DNA of 62,951 nucleotides, filler included, from Globobulimina sp. (GCA_003354225.1; 22 parts of 22 records of this genome joined end to end with filler, not necessarily neighbours in it), one strand, 5' to 3'. Positions 1-11,469 are shown, counted from the first letter of the whole stretch. Numbers and translations are program-made. Notes: a model not told the origin generated them from the letters alone.

Positions 1-2476
1 CACCTGATAATGCGATGAAATTATTCAAGTTTAAACATTTAAACACCATCTCGTTTTTATGCAACGTTTCCATAAATCCAACAACGTTTAAAAAGGAGTT
101 GGTTGATCCTACAGATGATCAGGTATTTGTTGTGTTAGTTGTGTATAATTATAAATAAATATGTGATTCTTACAGAAGTCAAGCAAGTCATTGGAAGAAC
201 ATAAAGAAAATAAAGAAAGTAATGAAGAGTTTAGGAAGACGTTATCACAAAGAAAATCACAACAAAATAAACCATTGATTGGCAACGACATACAAAGTAA
301 AGAAAGTAATGAAGAGTTGTTATGTGATGAAAATGTGAAAATGTGTCCAAGTGTTGGTCGATTGATCCAAGTTTTAAATAAATTCGAAACAGCATCGATA
401 TCAGAATCAGATGTGTTGTTTGAATATAGCTGCTGTTCAATTGTTGATTTATTTGCTCATTCTTTATTGGTTCATGCCGCGAACGATGAGTTTGAATATA
501 TTATGAAAGCGGGAAATAAGTGCGATATCAAACAATGTGATAAATTCCAAAGAAATTATCGGGATAGAAATGTTCCTCGCAGTTTGGATAAAAATGAGCA
601 GAATTTGAATATATATGAGTGTGTCAAACGAGATATTGTGGACACAGTACATTGTTATTTCAAACATTCAATAGATACTGGACATAAATTATCTGCAAAA
701 CAAAGGGATGAATTAAACGATTTTGTAAATGAAGAAAAGAAATCTGATTTGGATTTCCCTTCATTTCACAATCGCACCTTTCTAAAATTAAGACAATTTG
801 CATTACGCAAGGATAAATATGATATATTTCGACCACATAAATTTTCTAAATTTATTTTGAAACAGCAAAATATTCAATTTCGACAAGATATGCCTTCAAC
901 GGAAGCAACAAACAATGTTTACAGTTACGGGCAGAAATTTTATTATCGCAAAAAAGAAAAAGGATGGAACAATGTTCTCCCACGGTATAAATCATTAAAA
1001 CCAGAGATGATATATAACCCCAATGCTCGTCTGGACTGTCAACAATTTAATCGTGAATATGAGAAAGCTTCTGTACATATGAACTCTTATCATCTCAAGA
1101 CATTTTATCCAACAATAACAAAGGAACAAATATTGGCATTGATGATATATTGCGCTTTTACAAGCATACAGTATGAATTTAGTAGAACATATAGAGAGAA
1201 TATACATTGCCATAATCACTTTTGCCATTTTGGATTTGCTTTGTCGACTGCAATTAATGAGCATGGCACAACTCCCACAGCAGAAAGTTTTTTTTATCAT
1301 GGTCTTGATGGTGAGTTTTCCTTTCCATATGTTACTGGGCCAAAACTTGGCACTCAAATCAATTCACCGTTATCTACAACAACGGAGTTTGCAGTTGCTA
1401 GTAATTTCGCCACCGCCCAAGGATTGATCATTGAAGTTCGAAAGGCTTCATTTCTTTTGACAGGGGGCAAAACAAAATATTTCCCTGTTTCATGGTTGTC
1501 ACCGTTTGCAAATGAAAAAGAATGTTTATTTATTGCTAATAGATTTGGTTTGCGAATTAATAATATTACGACGGTGAAGACTGGATTTGAATATAAAGAC
1601 ATTATTCAGGCTTTGAGAATCATTGATGGCATAATAATGGAAGGAAGTTCACTGACTTTTGGCGCGGATAAAGTGATAACTTTAGTAACAGCCATTTTGG
1701 AACATAAATTATCACATATATTATCACACAAAAAATCACAAAAAAATAAACCATTAAAATTAGATAAATATGCGAAACAATTAATTGATAACGACACACA
1801 AAGTAAAAAAGTGGTTGATATTAATTATGATATTGTGAAAGGTGATAATTTACGCTGTTTAACGAAATATTTTTGTACTGATATACGTTTTATACATATA
1901 CTATTTCCAAATGCAGAAAATGTTATTTTAAGAAGTGTAACAAAAAAAGAAATGATTGGAATCTTGAAGGGTGTTTTACATTTTTGGCAAAATAATGTTG
2001 AATCTAAAATCATGACATTTCGAATATATGTAAAGCAATGTAATATGAATGACATCGATGACTGGAATGTTGAGGATGAGGTCAATAGATTTGAGCAGAA
2101 TGGACATCGCATGCAACCCTATGATGATAATAAAGCATTGCTGTTATCAAAAACAGCACAAACAAAAGTTCCAAGCGTTTCGGAAAGTAATTGGGCCACA
2201 ATGTTGCCGAAAGAGTTCGAGGAGAAACAAAATAGTTCGAGGAGAAACAAAATATCTTATTTACATGGACGGATATTGGTGCAATGGGAAGAGGTGAGGA
2301 AAACTTGCTCATTGGCAGATATAATGAGGCATCCAACTGTACAGTTAGCTGATAACACGGCAGCAGCTAAAATCAAACGTATTATTACTATGTTACGTGA
2401 TGCAGAGGAATTATCTGCGTCTCGTTTTAAAACTTTCGCCAAAGAAAATGAAGGACTTTATACTCAAAAACATTAA
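1..2476 (+). CDS. ADP-ribosyltransferase-fold protein, paralog 1 (5' partial; intron 123-175)
   Basis: Long ORF with FYHGL...PLSTTTEFAVASNFA...GLIIEV...VSWLSPFANEKECLF. GT-AG intron 123-175 joins an open upstream exon in frame. Confidence 0.7.
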
Positions 2477-2768
2477 ATTAAGTCTCAACAACAATGTCAA
2501 AGTTCAAAACAGTTTAAACTTTTATTCGAAATCTGATACGTATTTTCTGACACGTATCAGAAAAATCTGATACGTATCTATTTTTCGAAGCTTTTGTGTA
2601 TAGTTTTGCCGGGAATACTGAAGATTTGCAAAAAAGCATAGATGCCTATACCCGCGTTATAGCACTTAATCCCAATGATTATTTGGTATGTGCTTAAGGA
2701 AGGAAATAATTATACTTCCATACAAATATCAAGTTTAAGAGCTTTTCCAATAGCACCAAAAACTTATA

Positions 2769-2868
2769 NNNNNNNNNNNNNNNNNNNNNNNNNNNNNNNN
2801 NNNNNNNNNNNNTTAATTAATTAANNNNNNNNNNNNNNNNNNNNNNNNNNNNNNNNNNNNNNNNNNNN
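2769..2868. other. Artificial contig spacer (first of 21)
   Basis: 44 N + TTAATTAATTAA (stops in all frames) + 44 N. Identical spacers start at 2769, 5636, 8503, 11370, 14237, 17104, 19971, 22838, 25705, 28572, 31438, 34304, 37170, 40036, 42901, 45766, 48631, 51496, 54361, 57225 and 60089. Contig lengths fall from 2768 to 2763. Confidence 0.99.
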
Positions 2869-3735
2869 TGCTGATTATCTTCGTCAGAGTCATACTCGTC
2901 GTCCATTGAAGTATGCGTGAAATTAAAATCAAATACAAATTGTTTAATAAATGTGATAATGCCAAGGAATGAGATGGCGAACATGGACGACGCTGTTAAA
3001 CAGCCATAAGCGTCATACATTGTATCTGAATAATATTCACTTTGGACATGGACCAGCAAATAAAGTATGCCGTAACCTGAACGAACAAAGGCAAATCAAT
3101 GTACGTTGTTTGAGAGTGAAAAATAAAAGAAAATTTATACCAATAATTCCTGCGCTGGTCATCACAAAATAATTGTAGTGGTTTACTGCGAAGCCGATGA
3201 GATTGTGGTCAATGTTATATTGGTAATACAAATATAAAAAACAAATGCATAAAATAGTGATTAACATGACATAGGCACTCAAAAAATAAATGACATCATG
3301 TGCGTTATATGTATCTTGTGTATTATTGTCGACTGCTTTTAATTCATATGCTTTGATAATTAACTGCGACAAAGCAATGCCAATTATCATTGAGGTGATG
3401 CAGATCATGTATCCAATCAAAGGGATTTGAAGCCACGACCGTTGACGGATTAATTTGGAATCGCAAATCCAAAGTAAAGGATAAATTATTCTATGTGAAA
3501 TTTTTTGAAATTGATAATAATCGGATATGGCAATAATATCACATAATGGTTTATACTCATCCGCAAATAACAATGGATTCTCATCGACATCGTTGGTTAT
3601 AATTGAACTCGATTTGTTGTTTGTTGTGTCTTGTGTTGCATTGTCAGCGGAAACGTCATATGCATGCTTGTAATCCAAGTCATGCTCAAGTTGTTCATCA
3701 TCACTTCCAATTACAAACTTTAACGAAGAGGCCAT
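2869..3735 (-). CDS. Multi-pass membrane protein, 3' partial, probably spliced near 3050
   Basis: ORF 3037-3735 has several hydrophobic segments; a further hydrophobic ORF runs to the contig edge. Confidence 0.55.
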
Positions 3736-3931
3736 GGTTTGATAAGGAATTATTAAAAATCGTTCTTTAAAAATCGACTTTCATCTTGCTATGAATTCGT
3801 AATTAAGAAGTTCAAATCGCAAACATAAAAAAAACACTGTACACTAAAAAAAAACAATAATAGTGCGCATAATAAAAAACTCAATAATTTACCAAATAGA
3901 ATATGAAATAATGAATTAAATGATAAAAGAC

Positions 3932-4870
3932 TTAATTTTCGATTGACTCGATTGACTCAATTGACTGTAACTCGACCTCTTCTTTCTTAACTTTCCATTT
4001 ACGAATACATTCATGTCCACATTTACACATTTTATAATATTTAGTCTCATTAAAATAGAAGAAAAAATATACACAAATTGAATTGACCACAACATCGACA
4101 CTGATAAACATTAATGGCCAGACAGAGATCGCATTTTCTATTTCAATCACCGCCGCCAATACAATCCCAATTAAAATGGTTAAAAACGAGCTAAATACTG
4201 CAACTCCAGCGAGCAATGTACATCTTATACTTAATTCTAAAAACATTGCTTTTTGATCATTCACTGTCACCGTACTACCATCGTCGACTAAATGTTTCTG
4301 GGCCATATTTGTAACTTTGTTAATGCGATTTAGAAACATTACAAAAAGGCTGATAAATAAACCAAAGTATAAAACCGCCCAAATGGGCACAACTATAAAT
4401 AATAAGACCTCCACATCAATGATAATAGCCACCACAATGATAACTGGTAACAGCATTGCCGCGAAAGCACATGCTTTGAGTACGGATAATGTTCTTTTTG
4501 CGTACGACAAAAACGTGTTGCTTGCGAATATATTTTCAATCCTCGAGATTAATATCCAGAGAACACCAAATTCTACGCAAAAATACCATAAATATGCTAC
4601 AAACGAACAGTAACTTGCGATGCCATCGGCGTAATTGAATCCGGTGACACAAACTTTTATAAAGGCGATGGCAAATGTAGCACAAGTTAATGCTGCCGAT
4701 ATTAATGTAAATATCGAACATTTCTCTGCTCTCTTTGCTTTCGATGAGGCTGCATATAGTTGTTTGATGGTTGAATATGTCAAATAGATGCATATTATGG
4801 TCAATATTAAGAATAAAATGACTCCAAATACATCTTCTATTTGCATTTCTACTTTTTCTGCTGAAGACAT
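3932..4870 (-). CDS. Seven-transmembrane (GPCR-like) protein
   Basis: 312 aa with about seven hydrophobic helices and a short Cys-containing tail. No diagnostic family motif recognised. Confidence 0.65.
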   Translation of the reverse strand: MSSAEKVEMQIEDVFGVILFLILTIICIYLTYSTIKQLYAASSKAKRAEKCSIFTLISAALTCATFAIAFIKVCVTGFNYADGIASYCSFVAYLWYFCVEFGVLWILISRIENIFASNTFLSYAKRTLSVLKACAFAAMLLPVIIVVAIIIDVEVLLFIVVPIWAVLYFGLFISLFVMFLNRINKVTNMAQKHLVDDGSTVTVNDQKAMFLELSIRCTLLAGVAVFSSFLTILIGIVLAAVIEIENAISVWPLMFISVDVVVNSICVYFFFYFNETKYYKMCKCGHECIRKWKVKKEEVELQSIESIESIEN

Positions 4871-4923
4871 GTTAGGTTGTTAGTTCGACCAAGTGAAGTA
4901 ATTGAAAAACTTTGTTCCATTGG

Positions 4924-5635
4924 ATGGCAGCTAGATTCATTTTACCTTTAACAGCAGGAATAATTGTTGGTTCAGGAACAGTGTTATATTATAATAATCC
5001 TCAAAAATTGCATAAACGTTGGAATTGGGATTGGGATGGCAGACATTCATATTTTTTAGAATGCGCTGAAAAAGGTAAAAATAAAAATCCGGCAATATAT
5101 CCAAATGGCCAAAGAACAATAACACTTATTCGCCATTCACAATATCATCGAAAACAGGGCGATATAAATGATGACAAACCTTTGACGGACATTGGTAAAA
5201 TCCAGGCAAAGATAACAGGTCAAAGACTGAAAGAATTAAATATGAAATTTGATAAAATATATACTTCAAAATTTGTGCGTGCACAAGAAACGTGCAAACT
5301 TATTGTGAATGAACTGCAATATAATGAGTTATCAGAGATTGTATATGACAGTGATTTGAATGAAGGATTAGCAGTAATTATCGAACCATTTGCACACTAC
5401 AGAACAAAAGGAGAATATATGGACATTGTAAAGCAAACATCGCCAGCCATTATGAATGGATTTAAAACGTATTTTCATCGGCGAGATAGAGCAGATATGG
5501 ATCCATCGATATCCATTGGTAATGGAAAAGAAAGAGAGGATATCTTAATTGTTGGACATGGAAATGTATTTAGATACTATTTAAATCGCTGTCTACAATT
5601 TGACACATTTGGATGGGCCAGATATTCATTACATA
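4924..5635 (+). CDS. PGAM5: PGAM5-like mitochondrial histidine phosphatase (3' partial)
   Basis: N-terminal hydrophobic anchor, WNWDWD (WDxNWD-like) motif, LIRHSQY, RAQET, DLNEG, IVGHGNVFRY. Confidence 0.88.
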
Positions 5636-6120
5636 NNNNNNNNNNNNNNNNNNNNNNNNNNNNNNNNNNNNNNNNNNNNTTAATTAATTAANNNNNNNNN
5701 NNNNNNNNNNNNNNNNNNNNNNNNNNNNNNNNNNNTTATGTGCATATTATGGTTGTTTTTAAGGCATATTATGCCCGGCCCGTCCACCGGGTTTGTTAGC
5801 ATTCTCACAAACTTTAGGGCACCACTCACCACACACACACACACCCCAACACCCCGCACAACAGACATATAGACCCTCCCCGCGGCTGCCCCGCGACCCC
5901 CACACAACAGACATAAACAGCCTCCTCGCCGCTGCCCTAATGAAATTTGTATACATACCAAAAATTGTATACGCAAACCAAAAAACAGATTCTGAATGAC
6001 ACATAATTGCGAGAAGCAATGTATGTGTTTGCGGTCAATACTGCAGATGCCATTCCTTATATGTTAGTAAAATGGTTTTTCGAAGAAAATGAAAAACTTT
6101 TCTTAGCGTAGATCATGGCT

Positions 6121-7242
6121 TCACGCGTAAGATAACTGTGGATATTCAAAATTCGCAATTGTATCAATCAAAAAGCGTCTAAAATTGTGACAAATTGCAC
6201 CTGTTGAAACCATAATGTTTCGTGTAAATATGATTTTATTTCCGCTTCCCGCATCCCAATGTTGTGATAACTGCTTCATATCAATTGTATAAATTACATT
6301 ATTCTCGTTTTTGGCAAATCCAATTTCCATTTCTTGCATAGTTAACCAAGCAGACCAAATATCCTTTGTCAACACATAAGAAACAGCCAAAGGGTCGTGA
6401 AGAAATGCAACATTATCATCAAATATTGGATCAATAAATATTTCCTTTTGAACGAGAGACCAAATTTCAATTTGTTTAACAATTAATTCTAAAAACGGAA
6501 GTTGATACTTTGATAAATGTTTCATAGCTAATAAATCATAATAAGTCATCCAACATTGAAGCGTAATATTACCGGTTACCATCGCTATATTATTGACCCT
6601 ATCCTTTGACGGCAACACTTGGATTGCGGCATCAGGGTCTATTCGCAAATTGAAATCTTTTTGCAAAGTTACTGCGTCAATTTCATATGACTCATAAATA
6701 TCATTCACCAATGAGCCACCCATTAAAATGAGGTTTTTAATTTTATATTCCTCGTTCAATTTGAATAAATTTGCTAAATTAGTCAAGGGACCAATAGCCA
6801 GCACATAATCAGCAGAGTTATATAAAGCAACCGATGGATGTTCAAACAGTAAATATTTGTCCCAAAATGCATATTCTTGCGGATAAATCACTTCCTTTCC
6901 AACATGGTTCCAGAGCGGCGGTTGAATGTTATCGGTGAATGTTTTATTGGCTCCCACAAAAACTGGAATGTTTCCGAAGCCCATCAATGTTATGTATTTT
7001 TTAACCATGCGGGCTCTTATCACATTATCAATGTTGTCGCCAACTGTGTGAATGCCAATTATCTCTATTTCTTTCCATTGTGATAACAATAGTAATAATG
7101 CCAATGTATCATCAACGTCAACACCAAAATCAGTGTCCAACCAGACACGTTTTCTCTTTGTTGCATTTTTATTTGTTGGACTGGGACACGAAGAGCTAAA
7201 ACATGTAATAAGCATACAAAATAAACAAAGGCAAGCGGACAT
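6121..7242 (-). CDS. Inosine/uridine-preferring nucleoside hydrolase family protein with signal peptide
   Basis: DTDFGVDVDD, AIGPLTNLA, LMGG, DFN..IDPDAA, LHDPLAV; hydrophobic N-terminus. Confidence 0.92.
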   Translation of the reverse strand: MSACLCLFCMLITCFSSSCPSPTNKNATKRKRVWLDTDFGVDVDDTLALLLLLSQWKEIEIIGIHTVGDNIDNVIRARMVKKYITLMGFGNIPVFVGANKTFTDNIQPPLWNHVGKEVIYPQEYAFWDKYLLFEHPSVALYNSADYVLAIGPLTNLANLFKLNEEYKIKNLILMGGSLVNDIYESYEIDAVTLQKDFNLRIDPDAAIQVLPSKDRVNNIAMVTGNITLQCWMTYYDLLAMKHLSKYQLPFLELIVKQIEIWSLVQKEIFIDPIFDDNVAFLHDPLAVSYVLTKDIWSAWLTMQEMEIGFAKNENNVIYTIDMKQLSQHWDAGSGNKIIFTRNIMVSTGAICHNFRRFLIDTIANFEYPQLSYA

Positions 7243-7285
7243 GATTGAATTATTAAATTACAAAACAAGGTTTTTTAGTGTTAAA

Positions 7286-8502
7286 ATGGCAGGTACTGCT
7301 TTTACTGAATGGTTGGTTCAATGGAACATAAAACACTTACATCACAAATTTGAAACAATTGGTTTAAATAATCTATCATCACTAAAAGAAGCAGCTCCGT
7401 CGGATGTTCTTGCAATAATAAACAAATTGGACCTAACAGAAATATCTGATAAATTAAATCTAAAAGCTGGGATTAAAGCGTTGCAAAAAATAACTATTAT
7501 AATACATGAAAATGAACATAAAGCTTTGATTGCAATCGAAGACACTATAAAACACATAACAAATTTAATAAATCATGTACAAAATGAACAAATTAATATT
7601 GATGATAGAATGCATAATAATATTAACACCAAAATCGAAAATGGATTTAAATTCTTGTACAATGAATTAGAAAAAAGAAAAAATTATTTATTGGCAGAAA
7701 CACAGACAATTGTGAAATATCGAAAAAATGTATTAAATCAACAACTAATTATTTTAGAAAGCCTTTTGAAAGAATCTATAAATATAAAAGAAGAATGTAA
7801 TAAAATATTATTGAAACCAATCTCTTTTAAGGACTTAACTCAGAGAAAAAACCAAATATTTAATTTAAGAGATAATATGCGCGATAATATCAACACAAAT
7901 ATACCCATAATTTCGTGTGGTATTAAATTTGCATTTTGTGGTTGTAATGACATGATATCATTAATAAATAATTTAGGGATAATTTCCAAATATTCGTTAA
8001 ATATATTAGCTTTAAACAATGATTTTTTTAGTTTATCAAATATTGAAATACTTTGGAACTTACAATGTATAAATCCTGCGGAAGATATTGATAATTTATT
8101 TAAAGATGACAGGAACTCCATTATTATTGAATGGAATGATGTTAATTCAAATAATTTAAATTGGGATTCCCTCTCATTCAAAATAAATAATTTCAAAAAT
8201 GACATTGAAAATATGTATACCAATTCGTTAAATAATTATGTTATCACTACAGCTCTTAACAAATTAAATGAAGAAAGTACATATCAAATTCGATTGAAAT
8301 TGCTTTATTATGAGGAAAATGCATTAAATCTAATTTCAAGTGATTGTCAGCAGGTTATTGTGAAATATCTATCCACAAAAACTCGGTTACAACGCAGTGT
8401 ATTCGGCTATGTTCGAATGAATATTAATGTTTGGGTCAATATTGAGAGTATCGGTGATATTGTTTTATTATATTTCGGTGAGGAATTTATGTCTTTAATG
8501 TC
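7286..8502 (+). CDS. SAM-like + coiled-coil + FN3-like protein (3' partial)
   Basis: Likely ATG at 7286 (MAGTAFTEWL). Helical N-terminal domain, long coiled coil, FN3-like L.E.STYQIRL, C-terminal VFGYVR motif. Confidence 0.55.
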
Positions 8503-8648
8503 NNNNNNNNNNNNNNNNNNNNNNNNNNNNNNNNNNNNNNNNNNNNTTAATTAATTAANNNNNNNNNNNNNNNNNNNNNNNNNNNNNNNNNNNNNNNNNN
8601 NNCTGATTAGGGCTTTCTAACATCGTTTTTGATTGTAACATTTTGAGG

Positions 8649-11306
8649 ATGGCACAACCTGCATACGATGAAATAATATATGCGCTAGTATCACGTGGAC
8701 AGGATGTGTTAGCAGAACATACAGAGAGATCAGGAAATTTTGAACAAGTAACACGCCAATTATTAAAACGCATTCCAGCTGAAAATAAAATAATGTCATA
8801 TGTATATCCAAAAGAAAAATATGTATTCCATTATATGATGGACGATGGGATAACATATTTATGTTTGGCGGATGAAGGATTTGGTCGTGTGATCCCATTC
8901 AGATTTTTGGAAGATTTGAAAAATAAATTTGTTGGTATGTTGATACACAAAATTAAAATCCAGCAAAAGTATGCAATTAACATCATTATAAGATACATTC
9001 GGGGATAGTGCCAAAACAGCCATTGCATATTCGTTGAATGCAGATTTCCAGGCAGTCATTCGTCGTTTGATGGAAACTGTAAATGAGATGAAAATATCTG
9101 ACAACTTTAAACCAGTCAAGATAAGCTTACATAAACATGAGATATCCGCAAATATCAAAGACAGATATGCCTATATCGTATATTTTTTTGCTTTTGAAAA
9201 TGTGAACCAAAATGGAAGCATGGAACTTTCCTTTGAATTAACCATCGATCCGCAAGCTTTTATTTCTTCATTCGAAGCAAACATAGATTCTGAAATATAT
9301 ACCGCCATAACAAAGGAAAAAGGAATAGCCGCAAAAGAATACAGTGCTGCTAAAGGAAAGCATGAAAATGCAATCTTGATATCCCAGCCACATAAAAATG
9401 TAGAAAATGTATTTGAAATAAAAACGAATATTGATGCAAAAAGCAAAATATTGTTAACAATCCAAATTGAACAATACTTACAAAAACAATTTGAATTTAA
9501 TGAATTAAACGTTCAGATCTTAAGAAATTTCGAAAAATATAATATTAGCCAGAAATTTGAGCATATTGTGTTTAAATTGGACATTGAAGATAAGAGTGGT
9601 ATCTATGATGTGAATATTCCAAACCTGGATGCTGGCGCTATGATGGTTGCTCAACATATGGATGACACAAATCAGAGATGTCAAATAAATGGGAAAATTT
9701 TGCACAAATCATCGTTGAACGAATTGATATTAAAATATAAAATAAAGGGTGAACAAAATGATTGCCACATTTTATTTGACACTGCGTCCAATACATTTTG
9801 CCATATTATCTCGGATATACTCACAAATTCAACTATGCACGAAATGGATATTGATGAAGGACATAGCGATTCGAATAACATATTGATGCCTCGGAGAGTC
9901 GTATTTGTAGTGGATAAATCGGGCAGTATGTCTGGCTCAAAATGGACCAAAACAATCTCTGCACTCATTTTAGCAGTAAAACAACTCAGAAAAACATATG
10001 ACAGGTTTGCTGTCATTTTATTTGATGATAAGACTCAATTATTGCCATATAAACATAACACTAAATGCATATTGGTGGATGAAAAGAATATATCTCAATC
10101 GATACAAGCTTTACAAAATCAACATGTCGGAGGCAGTACAGATATTAATGCTGCATTGCTAAAAGCAATCGAATTAATTAAAATGGACATATTGTCATTA
10201 AACAGTGCTGATAAGTACCATGGATATAATTTCTTTATCAATCAAATCATATTTATTACGGATGGAGAGCCGAATCATGGCATAACAAATACGAAACAAA
10301 TCATCGACAATGTGAAAAATGTTAACGATCTAAGAAAATATCCATATTTTCATTCGGAATTGGAAAAGATGGCAACGATTCTTCCTGGATTCATGACTTA
10401 AACCATACCTTTTTGAAGGTGTTAGCTCTTAACAATAATGGCTTTTATCAGCGAATTAAAACAATGTCTGCCAATACTGCGTTAAATCAATATTTTAGTA
10501 TTTTGTCAAAACCAGTTTTGTCAAACATTGAGGTGAAATACAAAAACAAAAATATTAAAGAAATGACTGAAACTAAATTTAATACGTTTTATCATGGAAG
10601 CGATATTATACTTTGTGGCAAAATCCAAGCTGGAAATGCGTTTAATTTATCATTTACGATATCAGCTGTAACCGGTAAAAAAATTAAAGAAAATGATAAA
10701 TTAATGGTAAAACCAATTAATATTTCAAAAGAAATGGACATTACTATTAATGGGGTGAGCTGCGAAGAAAATAATAACATTGAACGAATATGGTGCTATT
10801 TGAAACTGAAACAATTTGCACAGCAAAAGTTAATTTATAACGATATGATTGAAATAGATGATGAAGAAGAAAAACAAGAAAGCATATTGCCGTTGTCATT
10901 GGCATTGAAATACAGATTTGTTACGCCATGGACTTCTTTTATTGTCGTTAAAAAGAAAAGCAATGAAACACCTATTTATCGGACAGCAAAAAAATCATTG
11001 ATGAGATCATATGGCAGTACAAACAGCAAAATATATGACATAAATGAGGAAATTCAACGTACAAAAAACACAGTGTTGCAATCAATTGAGAGAGTGTTGG
11101 ACCGTGGCGAAAAAATGGAATTATTGGTACATAAATCAGACACATTGGATGGTGAAGCAAGGAAATTTAACCGACATTCAAAAAAATTAAAAAATAGAAT
11201 GAGACGGAAAAACCTAAAGATTATATTAATACTATCATTCATATGTTTGTTCGTAATATATGTGATTACTGCTATAATTTGTGGTTTTAATTATAATAAA
11301 TGCTAA
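8649..11306 (+). CDS. VAMP7-type R-SNARE with inserted VIT-vWA (ITIH-like) module; intron 8935-8992; frame break near 10326-10340
   Basis: Longin (IIYALVSRGQDVLAE...RVIPFRFLEDLK...TAIAYSLNADF), VIT, vWA (VDKSGSMSG, GSTDI, ITDGEP), ITIH-like FVTPWTSFIVV, then synaptobrevin (IERVLDRGEKMELLVHKS) and a C-terminal TM helix. Confidence 0.85.
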
Positions 11307-11469
11307 TTATAAGCTTATTGTAATTATTATATTACTGTACATACAGTACTTCTTCCGTGCTGATCTAGCNNNNNNNNNNNNNNNNNNNNNNNNNNNNNNN
11401 NNNNNNNNNNNNNTTAATTAATTAANNNNNNNNNNNNNNNNNNNNNNNNNNNNNNNNNNNNNNNNNNNN

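Noticed and set aside
7052-7285. N-terminal 78 aa of ORF 7052-8554 overlapping the nucleoside hydrolase
   Set aside because: Probably an incidental open frame antisense to the hydrolase; ATG 7286 matches the start of the similar protein at 21835.
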